From Salpingoeca rosetta (taxonomy: Eukaryota; Protista; Choanoflagellata): a stretch of DNA of 64,000 nucleotides. Both the position numbers and the translations under genes were made by a program. Shown piece after piece: positions 34,757-60,677 of this stretch. The number at the start of each line of letters is the position of its first letter. Position 1 is the stretch's first letter. Under the pieces are notes generated by a model. The model did not search any database, was not told the origin of the DNA, and saw nothing but the letters and a program-made list of their open reading frames with translations. The stretch is taken from assembly GCA_033442325.1 (NCBI GenBank), contig JAWQFM010000001.1, positions 3,130,430 to 3,194,429 of the forward strand, read 5' to 3'.

Positions 34757-37700
34757 CTCGGTGCCCACACCCAGCACACCCGTGCTTTGTACACAGGCTT
34801 CACCTTGCTTCAGCACCGAGAGTGGCTCTCCTTTGAATGTTTGTTTACCCTCACACTCCCCCCCCACCCACACACACACACACAACCTCATGCATCAACA
34901 CGTTGCCCTCCTCCCCTCCTCCTTTCCCATGCAACAACATACCGCAATATCAGAGTGTAATGTGCTGCCGCGCGACAACGACGACGCGCTCATGTCGCAT
35001 CTGGTGCATCTGCTCAAGGCCTGGCACTGGCAGCGGCTTCTCGCAGTCACACCGCAGTGCTCCTACTCGGACCTCAACCCATACCAGCTGGCGCTCACAT
35101 CCCGCCTGCGCGAGGAGGTGTGTCGACGCAGCAATGCAGCCACGTGTTCTTGTTTCATCTCAAGGCTCACCAGTATCCAGCCTCACGCGAGGTCTTTCGC
35201 CTCGAGTTTTCCGACTCATATCAGCACACATGCGCACAAACATGCGCACATACATGCGCACACACATCAACACACACATACGCACACATACACACATACG
35301 CACACACATGCACGCACGCACGCACACACATGCGCTCACACTTCACGCGCCATATTGCGTTGTGTAGGGTGTCGAAGTGTTGTTCCGGCAAGACGGGCTG
35401 TCCCCCGTGCCCTGCGCGGAGGAATGGCGAGCCAACCACCACATTGGTCTTCTGTTTGCCACTGGCCACCAAGATGCAGCAGACACCGTCCTCACCACGT
35501 ATCAGGCTGGCTTCTTCAAGCAAGGGTATGTCAAGATATGCAAGCCGAAGATAGGGAGGTGTGTAGGCGAGAGCGAGGGCACGGCTGCCATCGCGGCGAC
35601 AGCAGGCCAACATCGCTGCAGAACTTCACCTGCGCAACATCACGGCTCACAGAGTTTGCTTCCCTTCACACACACACACACACACACACGCACACATACA
35701 CACACAACAGAAATGTGCTGTTGTGGCTGCCGGATCTCGTCCTTGCTGACCTGAGTGCTGTCATGCAAGATCTCCTGCAGCGGGGCCATAATGACGTGGC
35801 GGTGCGTTGCAGATCCCTGCCTGATACAGGCTGCGCAAAACACCCTTGATCACGCCCATTGCACGTGTCAACTCCTCAACGTCTCCTGTCTGCACACACA
35901 CACACCCACACCCACACCCACACTATAGGCTGCACTGGAGGCGAGTGCGCTGGTACTGACGCCCCATGGAGGCGGGTGGGCTGCGGCGACGCGGCGAATC
36001 GAGCACGAGCACCTCGGCATCGCCACATCGGGCATTGTCGACGTCCGCAACCACTTTGACGCAAACGTCTTCGACGCTGTCGCCGCGGCCGTGCGCAAAC
36101 GTCTTCGACGCTGTCGCCGCGGCCGTGCGCACGCGTGCATCGCTGATGCTCCAACACACCCAGATGATTGCCACGCCCCTGCACCCGCGCCCACTGCTGG
36201 GGCAGAGGAGCACAGCTACCGCGCTGTCCATGACGACAGCACACACCAACATCCTGCGCGGAGGAACGTACACGCTACAGCGTCACACCCTCCGTGCAGC
36301 CATCACAGCAGCCAACGAGGTGCGTGAATGCATGTCCATGAAGAGAGCAACATAAGGCTCTGGCACACGTCTGTTCGAGTGGCTGCCTTCCTCATCACAT
36401 CGCACATGCACACCAATACACACACACAATAAACATGAAAACACGCACACACACACACAATAACACGAGCACACACACAAACACACATACGAACACACGC
36501 ACAAACACACACACACACACAACCACCTATGTACATGTACTGTTACATTCCCCACACACAAACATGTCTCACATGCAACCCCACACCTACGCATTCAGAC
36601 GACGACGGGCCTGGTGTATTACGCCAAGGACATGGGTGTGAGCCCGGTGCCCGTGTTGCTGTTGCACCCATCCAATCCAGAGATGTTCCCACACTCGCAG
36701 TCTCCAGTTGCTTTGGACACCATTTTCGCCTTTGGCAGGTTAGTCTGTGTTACTTCGTTTGTACAAGCAAACCGTCGACAGTTGTTGCGCTGCTGGGCGC
36801 TGCTGTTGTGGAATATCTTCTCCACGTCTTCATGACACGCAGCACACCAACGCATCAGTACACCAGCGCACAAGTAGACCATCACGCCACATTCCACTTC
36901 CTCTTTTCACGCGCCCTCCAAACGACCCAAACCACAAGTCAACCCCCAATCCGTCTCCCTGTTCCCATCACACCGCTCGCCATCTATTCAAACCCACCCC
37001 ACCCCCGTGCTCATCTCTCGCATCACCATCATCTTTGTTGTCGTCATCACCATATCTACAGGAGCAACCCAGCGTACGCCACTGCCTTTGCGCCATTCAA
37101 CGCACTGCGCACTGCTGCGCTTGAGTTCTTTGCTGCCAGATTCCCCCACATCCGCCTCAACCCGCGTGTCACCGACACCTTTGCCGTGCCCTGCGATGAG
37201 CAGCTGTATGGCGAGGCACAGCGCGTGCCCGATGCTGTCATCGGCACGGGTCCAGGCACGTGCATCCCGGAGTTTGGCCGCGTTGTTGCGCGCGACGGTG
37301 TACCGCTGCTGGTGCCGGGGCTGCCAAACACGGAGCTGTCAGACAAGGGGACGTACCCAACGCTGTTTCGCCTGGGCACCACCACCGCCGTCTACACGCA
37401 CATCCTGGCGCACATGCTGGAGGACCTGGGCGCGTCGTGCGTCTCCATGGTCTACAACGCGGACGGCGGCGAGCTTGCAGAGACCTTCTTCGTGCTCGCG
37501 CAGGCGGAAGGGCTTGAAGTGCGGCTGCATCTCCCGTTCCACAGCGCCTCGTCAACCAGCGCCGTCCTGGACAGCATCATCGCCGCAGACTCACAGCACG
37601 TCCTAGTCTCTGGGTGCGTATGCCTGCACGCGTGCTGTGTGTGCGTGTGCGCGTGTGTGAGAGAGAAAAAGCGTGTGTGTGTGTGTGCGATTTTGTGTGT

Positions 37701-39733
37701 GGTCAGAAGTGCATGTGTGCACGGTTGTTGACTGCAGGTGTTCCGGAAGCGCACTGTCCGTCGCACCGTACCCTCTCACCAGCATTGTGCATCGTATAAG
37801 CTTAAGCTCACAGTAACAACGTACTAATCTCTCTATTGTACCCTCCACTCACATACACACACACACACGCGCACGCACACACACACACACATACACCTTC
37901 TACAGGCACGGGGTTGAGGTGATTGATTTACTTGAGGAGGCGCACGGTCGCGGCATGCTGCAGCCGCCCTGGGTGTGGATCATCGCAGGACCGTCTGTCA
38001 CCTTCAGCGCGTTTCCGCCGTATGTTGTGGAAGCTCTGGATGGCATCCTGCTCACGACCACACCAGGCCCGGCCTGCACATCACCCATTGGGAAGGAGTT
38101 TCTGGCATTTGAGTCCAGTTCGCAGCACACCACGTTCACGGCGGAAACAGCCAGCCATGCGTTTTACCTGCAGTTTGTTGATGCCATTAACGCATACGTA
38201 CACGCCGTGGACGCCACGCGATACACGTTTGGCTTTGAGTTTGACCAGCAGCGGCGGCGGGCGGCGGTTCTGCAGGGGCTGCGGGCATTCGCACCAGGCA
38301 GTCCGCTCCCTGGCATTGGTGATCCGCACGTCCAATTTGACGGGAACCAGGACGCATTTGGCACGTTGCAGCCGGCGTTCCTGATCAACAGCACCTTCCA
38401 CCCGCTGAGCGCCGCTACGATCGACCAGGACTTCACAATCGACGAAGCCGCGCGGGCCCTGGTGCCCATCCAGTCCGCCTGTCGGGCGCCGGTCACGCTC
38501 GCCCCTGTGGGCGACGATGCTGGCACTGGTGGTGGTGGTGGTGGCGCTTCCACGCTCAGCAGCGGCCTTGCAGCGCTATATGCCAGCGTACTTGTGCTGG
38601 CCGCATTGATCATCGTTGCAACGGGCATGGCAGTGGAGCAGCGGCGACGGGCGAAGAGGAAAACGGCCATGCGCACGCACGACTTCCGGGCCGAGCTGGA
38701 GGAGATGCAGCTCACGCACCGCGGTATTGTGCCGGCAGAACTCAAGCGGCAGCACATCCAGATTGAGAACAAACTCGGGGAGGGGTTCTTCTCACAGGTG
38801 TGGAAGGGAACACTCATGCGCCCACCACAGCACCTCATCCAACGGCAGCGACAACAAGCAGGGACAACAGCCACAGCCACAGCACTTGACACACGTGCCA
38901 TGCGCCATCGCACATCCTTCAGCAGCACCAACACAGGACACCGCCTGCCACGCCGGGTGAGCTGGGTACATGGCGGCCCTAACAATGACAACAGCAACCA
39001 TGATGGCGGTGGTGGCGGCGGTGGCGGCGGTGCGAGTCATATTGGTGATGGCGATGTGGGCGGAGAGGGTTGGAAGCAGGAACCGCTGGCTGTCTCGCAA
39101 ACTCCGATTGTCACCGGCGATGAACACTCAGACGGTGGCGATGATTCGGACGACAGCAACAGCATCACTTTCAGCTCGAGTGATGGTGACGATGACGATG
39201 CCTGGGGCGGTGAGACCTGGGGCGGTGAGACCTGGGGCTGCGACGAGAAACATCACGATGCTGCATACAATGTTGCCGATGATGCTGGTAGTGGAGGTGT
39301 TGGTTGTTGTCAACGTGGCAGCTGGCTGAGACGCCTGTTTTCGGCCTTGGCTGCTTTGGTTTCGAGGTGGCACAACAGGGCGACAGCGATTGGTGACACC
39401 GCGCTTCCCGTTGCTGTGAAGATGACGCGGGCATTCCCTGACGGCACGTACGACGACACCAACTTGCGGTATGAGGCCGCGTCTCTGGCGCAGTTTCGCC
39501 ACTGCAAGAACATTGTGCAGCTGCTTGGCGTGGTGACGGCTGGTGACCAGCCCATGCTGCTTGTGCTGGAGTACTGCGAGCACGGGGCGTTGGATTCGTT
39601 CCTGCAGCGCTACACGCTTCGCCGCCAACTCGACTGGGCCACAAAACTCAAGATGGCCCGCGACATTGCCAGAGGTACACGCGAGTGTGTGTTGTCGTTG
39701 GTGGTGGTGGTGTTGTTGTCGTTGCTGTTGTTG

Positions 39734-39774
<41 letters not shown>

Positions 39775-42659
39775 TGTGGTTTTGTGCACCACGTGGCCCA
39801 AACACGCGTCATGGGTGCGTGTGCGCACACGTTGATTTGAAGTATCCTCTCCGTGGCTCCTCCTGTTCATCACATGCTCGAACATACCTCCTCTCTCTGT
39901 GTGTAGGCATGCGGGCCATTTCCATTTCCACGGCTGGCGCGTTGCACATGGATCTTGCTGCACGCAATGTGCTTGTGAGTGCAGACATGACGTGCAAAGT
40001 TTGGATTGTTCAAGGACCACCAGTACTACGAGATGCACCAGGAGAAGATCATCCCTGTCCGTTGGACGGCGCCCGAAGTCCTCAACCTCCAGCGGGTGAG
40101 CCAACCTGTGTGGCGTGCGGATGTGCGTGTGCAGGGAGGGGTGTCTGCTCTGTATTCATGTGTACACGCATCAGTGCGTGCATGTGTCTGAAAGTGTGCC
40201 TGCGTGTCTGTAAATCAGCTTCTGTGCAGGTGTGTTCACGTGCGATGTTCGTGTGTTGGTGCACGTGGATGTGTTGGCATGTTATAAGCAGCGCGTACAG
40301 TTGCCGTCTCGCGCTTCCCAATCACGTGTTGTATGCGCTCATATGCATTTGTTGAATGCACCAGTTCTCCACTGCCAGCGACGTTTGGAGCTATGGCATT
40401 GTGCTGTTTGAGATTGCGACAAAGTGAGTACACGCCACACATGCCCACCACTTCACCGCCTGCACGCATGGCTTTACTGCACACACGGTTGTGGGTGTAT
40501 TCGCCATTGCATCCCCGCTTTATCCAAGTTCTCCTCGCACAGTACATGCGTACCCACACATGCGTACACACAGACGTACACACATACGCTCACACACATC
40601 CACACATTCACACATGCACACACGCGCTCGCATACACACACTTGCATACATCCACACACTCGCACACATCCACACACTCGCATACACACACACTCACTTG
40701 CACACATTCACACATTCACACGCCCATCACATGGTTCTGTTCCATGCGCGATAGTGCGTGCGAGAAGCCGTACAGCAGCATGTCCAACACCGCTGTGGTG
40801 GAGGCTGTGTCCTCTGGCCATCGCCTGCCCTGCCCTGCGTGCTGTCCTCTCGAGGTGTACGGACTCATGCTCCAGTGCTGGATGGCGGATCCTCAGGAAC
40901 GCCCCTCATTTGCCGATATCGCACACACGCTCACGTCCACCATGCGCACAGTGGCAGCGGGCCGCGAACTGCAGGGAACACTGCACATCACAGGGACGCA
41001 GATGGCGCTGGGTGGTCGTGGCAGCCGTGGTAGTTGTGCTGTTGGGAGCGGTTGTGGTAGCAGTAGTGGGACTGATAGTGTTGGGAGGAACAGCATTGTT
41101 TCAGGGCCGCAGAAGAGGGGCAGCGACTCCGCTGCGGTGTCGTGGGATGGGGGCAGCGGTGCTGATGCTGTTGATGTTGGTGGGGTGATGCATCCAATCC
41201 ACCCAGCGCAAGCACACGTCCTGCAGCAGCAGCAGCAGCAGCAACTCTTTGCCATGCAGCAGCGATGCAACAAGAACAACAAGAACAACAAGAGCAACAA
41301 CAACAGCAGCAGCACCAGACATCGGCAACTCCTGTTGCGCCAGTCATGTGTGCTGGTCCAAACATTGCTCAACCACAGCAACAGTGTTACGTGCAACATC
41401 AGCAGATCTTCTTCCCCTCAGATAACCAACAGCATCAGCAGCAGTACCAGTACCAGCAGCGAGCAGACGGCTCGCCACTTGTGCCGCCGAGGGATGTGGT
41501 GAATATCATGTCCAAGCTGAAACAGCAGGGCTTTGCAATGCACCGGCACGACGCACCGCAGCACTTGCGCCCAACGAGTGTCCCCATGATTGCGCACGTT
41601 AGCCACAGCAGCAGCAGCAATCCGAGCACGGGCTACGGCTCCACCTTCGTGTCTGATGGCGAGTACGCCACCATGCAGGGGCAGCGGACACGCCGTGTCA
41701 GCATCAACAACAGCCGCCACGACAGCAAGCGAGGCAGCGTATTGTACGCGCGCACATCCGTGTCATCAGCTCTGCAGTCACAACAGTGGCACCAGCAGCA
41801 CCAGCACCAGCAATCGCAGCAACAGCAGCAGCAGCATCCGCAAGCAAGTGTCGGCCATGCACCGGCGATGGCGATTGCCCCTCAACGCCATGATTTGGGC
41901 GCCCGAATTCACATTGATGATATTCCAACGGGTGGTGGTGTCACTGACCAAGAAGAAGCCTACACGTCACTGCAGCATCTGCCACGCCACGGTGCGTTGC
42001 ACTTCCAGCAGCAGCATCTGACAACAGCACGCCCTTCCATCGATGCTCGTGCACCCACAATAACAGCAGCAACACCAACAGTCATGCCAGCAACAGCAAC
42101 GCTGACACACACATTGCAACATCAGCCAGTTCTAAGTTATCAAGCCTCGCGTGTGGTTGATCCTGAGCAAGCATCTCGTGCCTTCAAGACACGACTGCCG
42201 CGACCATCAGCAGTGCATCGGCTGGCGTCACCACCACCGCCACTGCCCGAATCGTTCCCTCGCTCACGCTCACCACCGACAACAACAACAACAAAAACAG
42301 CAGCAGCAGCAGGAGCAGCAACAACAGCAACAATAGCAACAACGACAGAAGCAACACGGGCTGCATTGGGAAGAGAGCGTGTACCTGGTAAAGAGGTGCA
42401 GCAGCCACTTCAGCACAAGTGCGCGTCAAGGAATGGCACATCGACGGCACCCCCTGACTTGCCACATTTTCCCGAACACAACAGTGCACGCCACGAACCA
42501 GCACCATCACCCACGGCCTTGCCACATGCAGCTGCCGTCGACCGCGTCTCCACCGCATCTTCTGTGTCGACGCCGCGACCTCCAGCCGCATTCGACTTTG
42601 CACTGTTTCATTCCAATCTTGCTGCTTCCCTTTCCTTCACCAGCGACAGCGAGGCCTAG
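34215..42659 (+). pseudogene. Receptor tyrosine kinase with two tandem ANF-receptor/Venus-flytrap modules; three apparent frameshifts (pseudogene or assembly errors)
   Basis: Signal VLEVVVVLLAAMAV; VFT motifs (LLKAWHWQRLLAV, NVFDAV; AVIGTG, LSDKGTYPTLFR, FVDAI, VQFDGNQD); TM LAALYASVLVLAALIIVATGMAV; TK motifs LGEGFFSQV, VAVK, IVQLLGV, HMDLAARNVLV, PVRWTAPE, SDVWSYGIVLFE, CWMADPQERP. Lesions at 36061-36128, ~39999 and ~41263. Confidence 0.8.
36061..36128. repeat. Perfect 34-bp tandem duplication inside an RTK exon
   Basis: gcaaacgtcttcgacgctgtcgccgcggccgtgc occurs twice. Confidence 0.95.
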
Positions 42660-43013
42660 ATGCTGCTACTGCTGTTGTTGATCTGTGTATGTACGTGTAT
42701 GTGCGTGTGTACGTGCGTGTGTGTGCGTGCGTGTGTACGTGCGTGTGCGTGTGTGTGTGCGTGTGTGTGGCCACGCTTTCAACGATTGCTTGGTGTCAAT
42801 CAATTATCTATTCGAATAGACTACATGTAAAGAGCAAGAAGAATTCCCGCAACGGCTAGAGCACAGCGCATTGGACTGGCCAGCAGCACACGCGAACAAG
42901 GGTATCAGTTCAAACAAGGTCAACAAGCCAACCGTGTGTGAGTGTGTGATGTGCCAGTCATAGGTGCACATTCATCTCAACGTGTCTGCCACACACACCA
43001 AGGTCATTCGTTC

Positions 43014-43055
<42 letters not shown>

Positions 43056-43062
43056 GCGTGCG

Positions 43063-46224
<3,162 letters not shown>

Positions 46225-46471
46225 GGCCACTGGTGGTTGCTTCTTGCAACGGTTGTTTGGTTGTTGGTGTTGGTGGTGGTGGTGGAATGTGATGTGTGAC
46301 TTGCTGCATGGATGGATGGATGCGTTGGCTTGGATAAGCCGAGCTGGTTGTAATGTGCGATGAATAGCATGATGTGACACCGAGGGGAGGGCACGCAGAC
46401 AGAGAGAGGGAGAGAGGTAGCAGGCAGATAGTTGGATACCACGCAGAGAAGAGAGAAAGGAGAGAGACAGA

Positions 46472-47181
46472 TCATCGGCCCTCGACGCGAAGGCGGTCGA
46501 GTGTGCTGTAGCCAATGGACTGCAGCATGTCAAACGTGTCCTGATCCACGGGGATGGTGTCGTCGGCGTGGATGGCAGAGACCTCGGGCACGTAGTTGTC
46601 GCGGCGCTCGCGCTCCTCCTCCTGCAGCTTGATGGAGATGCCGCGCACAGGGCCCTTCTGCCCTCCCCAAACCAGCAGCAGTGACAGCGGGTGAGACGGG
46701 GGTTGCGGGGAGAGGGGGGAAGTGGGCGAAGAGGGGAAGGGGTCACGCGACACATGACATGTATGGGACGGAGAAGGACGACACGAACCAAGCAAGCAAG
46801 AAGCAAAGAAACNNNNNNNNNNNNNNNNNNNNNNNNNNNNNNNNNNNNNNNNNNNNNNNNNNNNNNNNNNNNNNNNNNNNNNNNNNNNNNNNNNNNNNNN
46901 NNNNNNNNNNNNNNNNNNNNNNNNNNNNNNNNNNNNNNNNNNNNNNNNNNNNNNNNNNNNNNNNNNNNNNNNNNNNNNNNNNNNNNNNNNNNNNNNNNNN
47001 NNNNNNNNNNNNNNNNNNNNNNNNNNNNNNNNNNNNNNNNNNNNNNNNNNNNNNNNNNNNNNNNNNNNNNNNNNNNNNNNNNNNNNNNNNNNNNNNNNNN
47101 NNNNNNNNNNNNNNNNNNNNNNNNNNNNNNNNNNNNNNNNNNNNNNNNNNNNNNNNNNNNNNNNNNNNNNNNNNNNNNNNG

Positions 47182-47212
<31 letters not shown>

Positions 47213-47516
47213 GTTTGCAGTGAGTACGTGAAGCAAGTAGTGGACCAAATGCACACGATTCACTGCAGTGCACGCACACTTGCTTTCTCCCGCACATGCA
47301 CACGCACACGACGCACACGACGCACACTTCCATCAAACCAAACAGCAATCCCCCACCCACTCTCTTCAACAAACACATACATACACGCACGCACAATAGC
47401 AAAGGCTTTTGACGTACGCGCTTGTTGGTCTCAAAGTCGTTGGTGAGGCGAGTGTAGTACTTCTCAATCATGACCTTGGCGGCCTTCTTCACCGTCTTCG
47501 TGCGCACGCGACCCAT
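46472..47516 (-). CDS. RPS17: 40S ribosomal protein eS17; exon 1 47418-47516, last exon 46472-46657, middle exon presumably in the gap
   Basis: [33 protein letters not shown] and [27 protein letters not shown]. Confidence 0.97.
46813..47180. other. Assembly gap (N run)
   Basis: N run; a minus-strand GT lies at its edge (46811-46812), consistent with a hidden RPS17 exon. Confidence 1.
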
Positions 47517-47690
47517 CTTGGTTGGCTTGCTTACTTGTCCTCTGCGACTGGTTGGCTGAGATGTGAGAGAAAATTAGTGGTGTTTTTCACAAGTTGTCTT
47601 GCAGCACAGTCCTGCCAAAGTCGGTTTTGCCTTTTCTGCCAAGTCAATTTTACCTTCTTCCAGCACAAAAGAAGAAGAAGAAGAAGAAAG

Positions 47691-57762
<10,072 letters not shown>

Positions 57763-58258
57763 AGGCATGCGGGCATGATGCCCACGTGCAAACACAGACA
57801 CACAGACACACAGACACAGACACATACACAGACACACACAGACACACAGACACACACGCACACACAGACACAGACACACACACACAGACACAGACACAGA
57901 CACACACACACAGACACAGACACAGACACACACACAAACACACTCTCTTATTCGCTTTCTTCCTCCTCATGACGTTGGTTTTTCCCTCTTTGGTTCTGTT
58001 ACTCGACGTGTTTTACACACCACATGCTTCATGCTCCCAAGCAGTTGACACAACAGGATATACGTTGCCGTCTCATTAAAGTCTTCTGTTTCACTCTCAA
58101 ACGCAGCACAGCACAGCAAGGAGTGCAATGATTTGATGTGACGCGTGTGACACATACACAATCTTTATTCATTGTGATGTGAATCCATCAAATCACGACT
58201 CTTGGTGTAACTTGTGTCGTGTTCTGTCAAGCACACGCGCGCGCACATGCAAGCATCG

Positions 58259-58292
58259 CTATTGTTGTTGTTGTTGTTGCTGCTGCTGCTGC

Positions 58293-58373
<81 letters not shown>

Positions 58374-59798
58374 GCTCCGGCCTGGACGCGATCTCTCTCG
58401 GCCGCGGCGCGATGGTGATTCCGCAGCGCAAACGCGGCAAACGCAACTGCCATCACACCCCTCAGCCCAAAGTCGACGGCACTCTTCATCGGCATGTCAA
58501 CGGTTTGCAGCTCCGTGTAGAGGAGGATGAGCATGGGGCGCACCAGGTAGTGCAGGTGGGTGGTGACACGCCCGGCCGGCATGTGTGTCATCACCCAGTA
58601 CACGAGCAGCTGCCCATACAGCCAAGGCGCATCGAGAAGTGCCGGCACAAACAGGCCCGAGTAGAGGCACAGCTGCATCCAGTCGAGCACGGGCACGTGC
58701 GGCGCACCAATGACACCGGCAACGACGGCGCGGCCCACGCTCGCCACAATCAGCAGCATGAGCAGCGTGTGCAGTGCAGAGAGCGCCGCGGTGACGCCCA
58801 GGATGCCGCCGGCGACAGTGAGGCGGACGGAGCGCTTGGCGGCAAACGGACGCACGTATTCATTGACAATGGCGGTGAGAAGGCGGCAGTCAAAGGGGAT
58901 ATCCATGGGCTCATCGAAGCCATCCACTTCCAGTGGCGGGATATCAAACACAACGTCCTCCCAGTCGTCGTAGTACACGTGTCGGTCGGCAAGCACGACG
59001 GCGATGGTGCACGTGGTGGTGAACGGGCTGCGCACGCCCTCGTACTGCTTGCGCTGATGCTCCGTCCTGTAGATGGCGAGCAAGCACGTGTCGCCGTCGT
59101 CGTCGCCGTTGTCACCACTCGTGTTGGAAGTGCTGCCGTCCCTCTGAAACGCGGTGTTAGCGTCGTCGCTTGGAAGCAGCTGGTCAATGGGGCGTGACAA
59201 CAACACGTGCCGAAGCCACTGGAACCATGTGAGCCTGGGTGCACGGCCGCCACTTGGTGCTGGTGGTGTTGGCGGTGCGGTGGAGGTTGAAGCTGTGCTC
59301 GTACCCGCACCAGTGCCAGCCCTGGTCGCTGGTGATGGAGGCGGTGATGATATTGCGCGCTGCACAGCCTCTGGAAGCAAGTCCCACGCCTGCTTGGTGG
59401 TAACGCGGTAGGGCACGTGTTGGTTGAAGCGAAAGGGGCCCTCAGCGGTGAGGGTGAAAGTGAAATCGCTTGGGCACACGCGGGCCATTGCGTCGTCCAG
59501 CGCGGCCTCATCAAAGGAGCGCAGCACGTTCACGGTGCTGTTTTGTCCGCACACGGCCGACAGCACAAACACAAGCGCCGTCATGAACATGATTTGAAAC
59601 AGCAACCGCAGCGCCAGCTTCACGCTGTTCACCAGCTGCACTTCGTTGTTGTTCTCTGCGAAGGCGTCGACGGTCTTGCGCGCATGCTCTTCAAGAGGCT
59701 GTGCATTGTGTGTGTGCGTGCGTGTGTGTACTGTATGTGAGTGTGTGTGATGCAGAACGACGAGACAACATAACACACGCAGGCAGGCAGACGCAGGA

Positions 59799-59846
<48 letters not shown>

Positions 59847-59979
59847 CACACACACACAGACACAGACACAGACACAGACACAGACACAGACACAGACACA
59901 CACACAGAGACAGACACACAGACACAGACACAGACACAGACACAGACACACACAGACACACAGACACACACAGACACAG

Positions 59980-60067
<88 letters not shown>

Positions 60068-60348
60068 CTGGGCCGCAGTGAGCTGCAAGAACGGCTTTGC
60101 GATGCACGGTGCCTGCGCCGACTCCACCGAAGATGAGTGGCACCAAGACGCCCTACCCCAGACAATGTATTTGTGTGAGGACCATTCAGGAGGAGGATGA
60201 TGATCGAGGCAGGTCAGAGGTTCACAGGTGAAGGCAGAGATAGACAGAGATAGACAGGCAGACAGACACATACACATACAGACCAACACGCACTGACCGG
60301 AAGCGCGTACGCGACACTCGCAGCCTGCGCCAACGTCGCGAGCGTCAT
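58259..60348 (-). CDS. Hypothetical multi-pass membrane protein with C-terminal polyQ; exons ~60298-60348, ~60066-60152, 58259-59698
   Basis: Phase-0 GT-AG splicing gives MTLATLAQAASVAYALP|GVLVPLIFGG...CGPE|PLEEH...; one hydrophobic helix early and a cluster of hydrophobic helices late; about 38 Q before TAG. Confidence 0.7.
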
Positions 60349-60677
60349 CACCGCTCGTGACACACGAAATGGTAGGGTTTTATTTTTCTCGTTTGTGGTT
60401 GGATTTGAGTCGTGTGCAGGCTGCCCGGCAGCACCACGCCGGCCTTGCACATGCATCTGCGCTGGTTTGGGGTGCAAGGGTGACGCACACGCCCCAAGCA
60501 ACCGCTGTCAAGTTGCATCTTTCGTGCAAATCGTCGGCAAAATAAAGGAAATTTCAACCACCATCATCCACGATGGGCGATGATGTTTTTGTGCCTCTAA
60601 TTTCGAGGTGGTAAGCGATGACGATGAAAGGATGAAGGCGAGCTGCCACCAACTCACCAAAGCGGGCACGACAAGAC

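Noticed and set aside
46658-47417. RPS17 seemingly missing its central segment, or hosting an intronic snoRNA
   Set aside because: The missing exon falls in the N gap; no convincing C/D or H/ACA box arrangement in the visible intron sequence.
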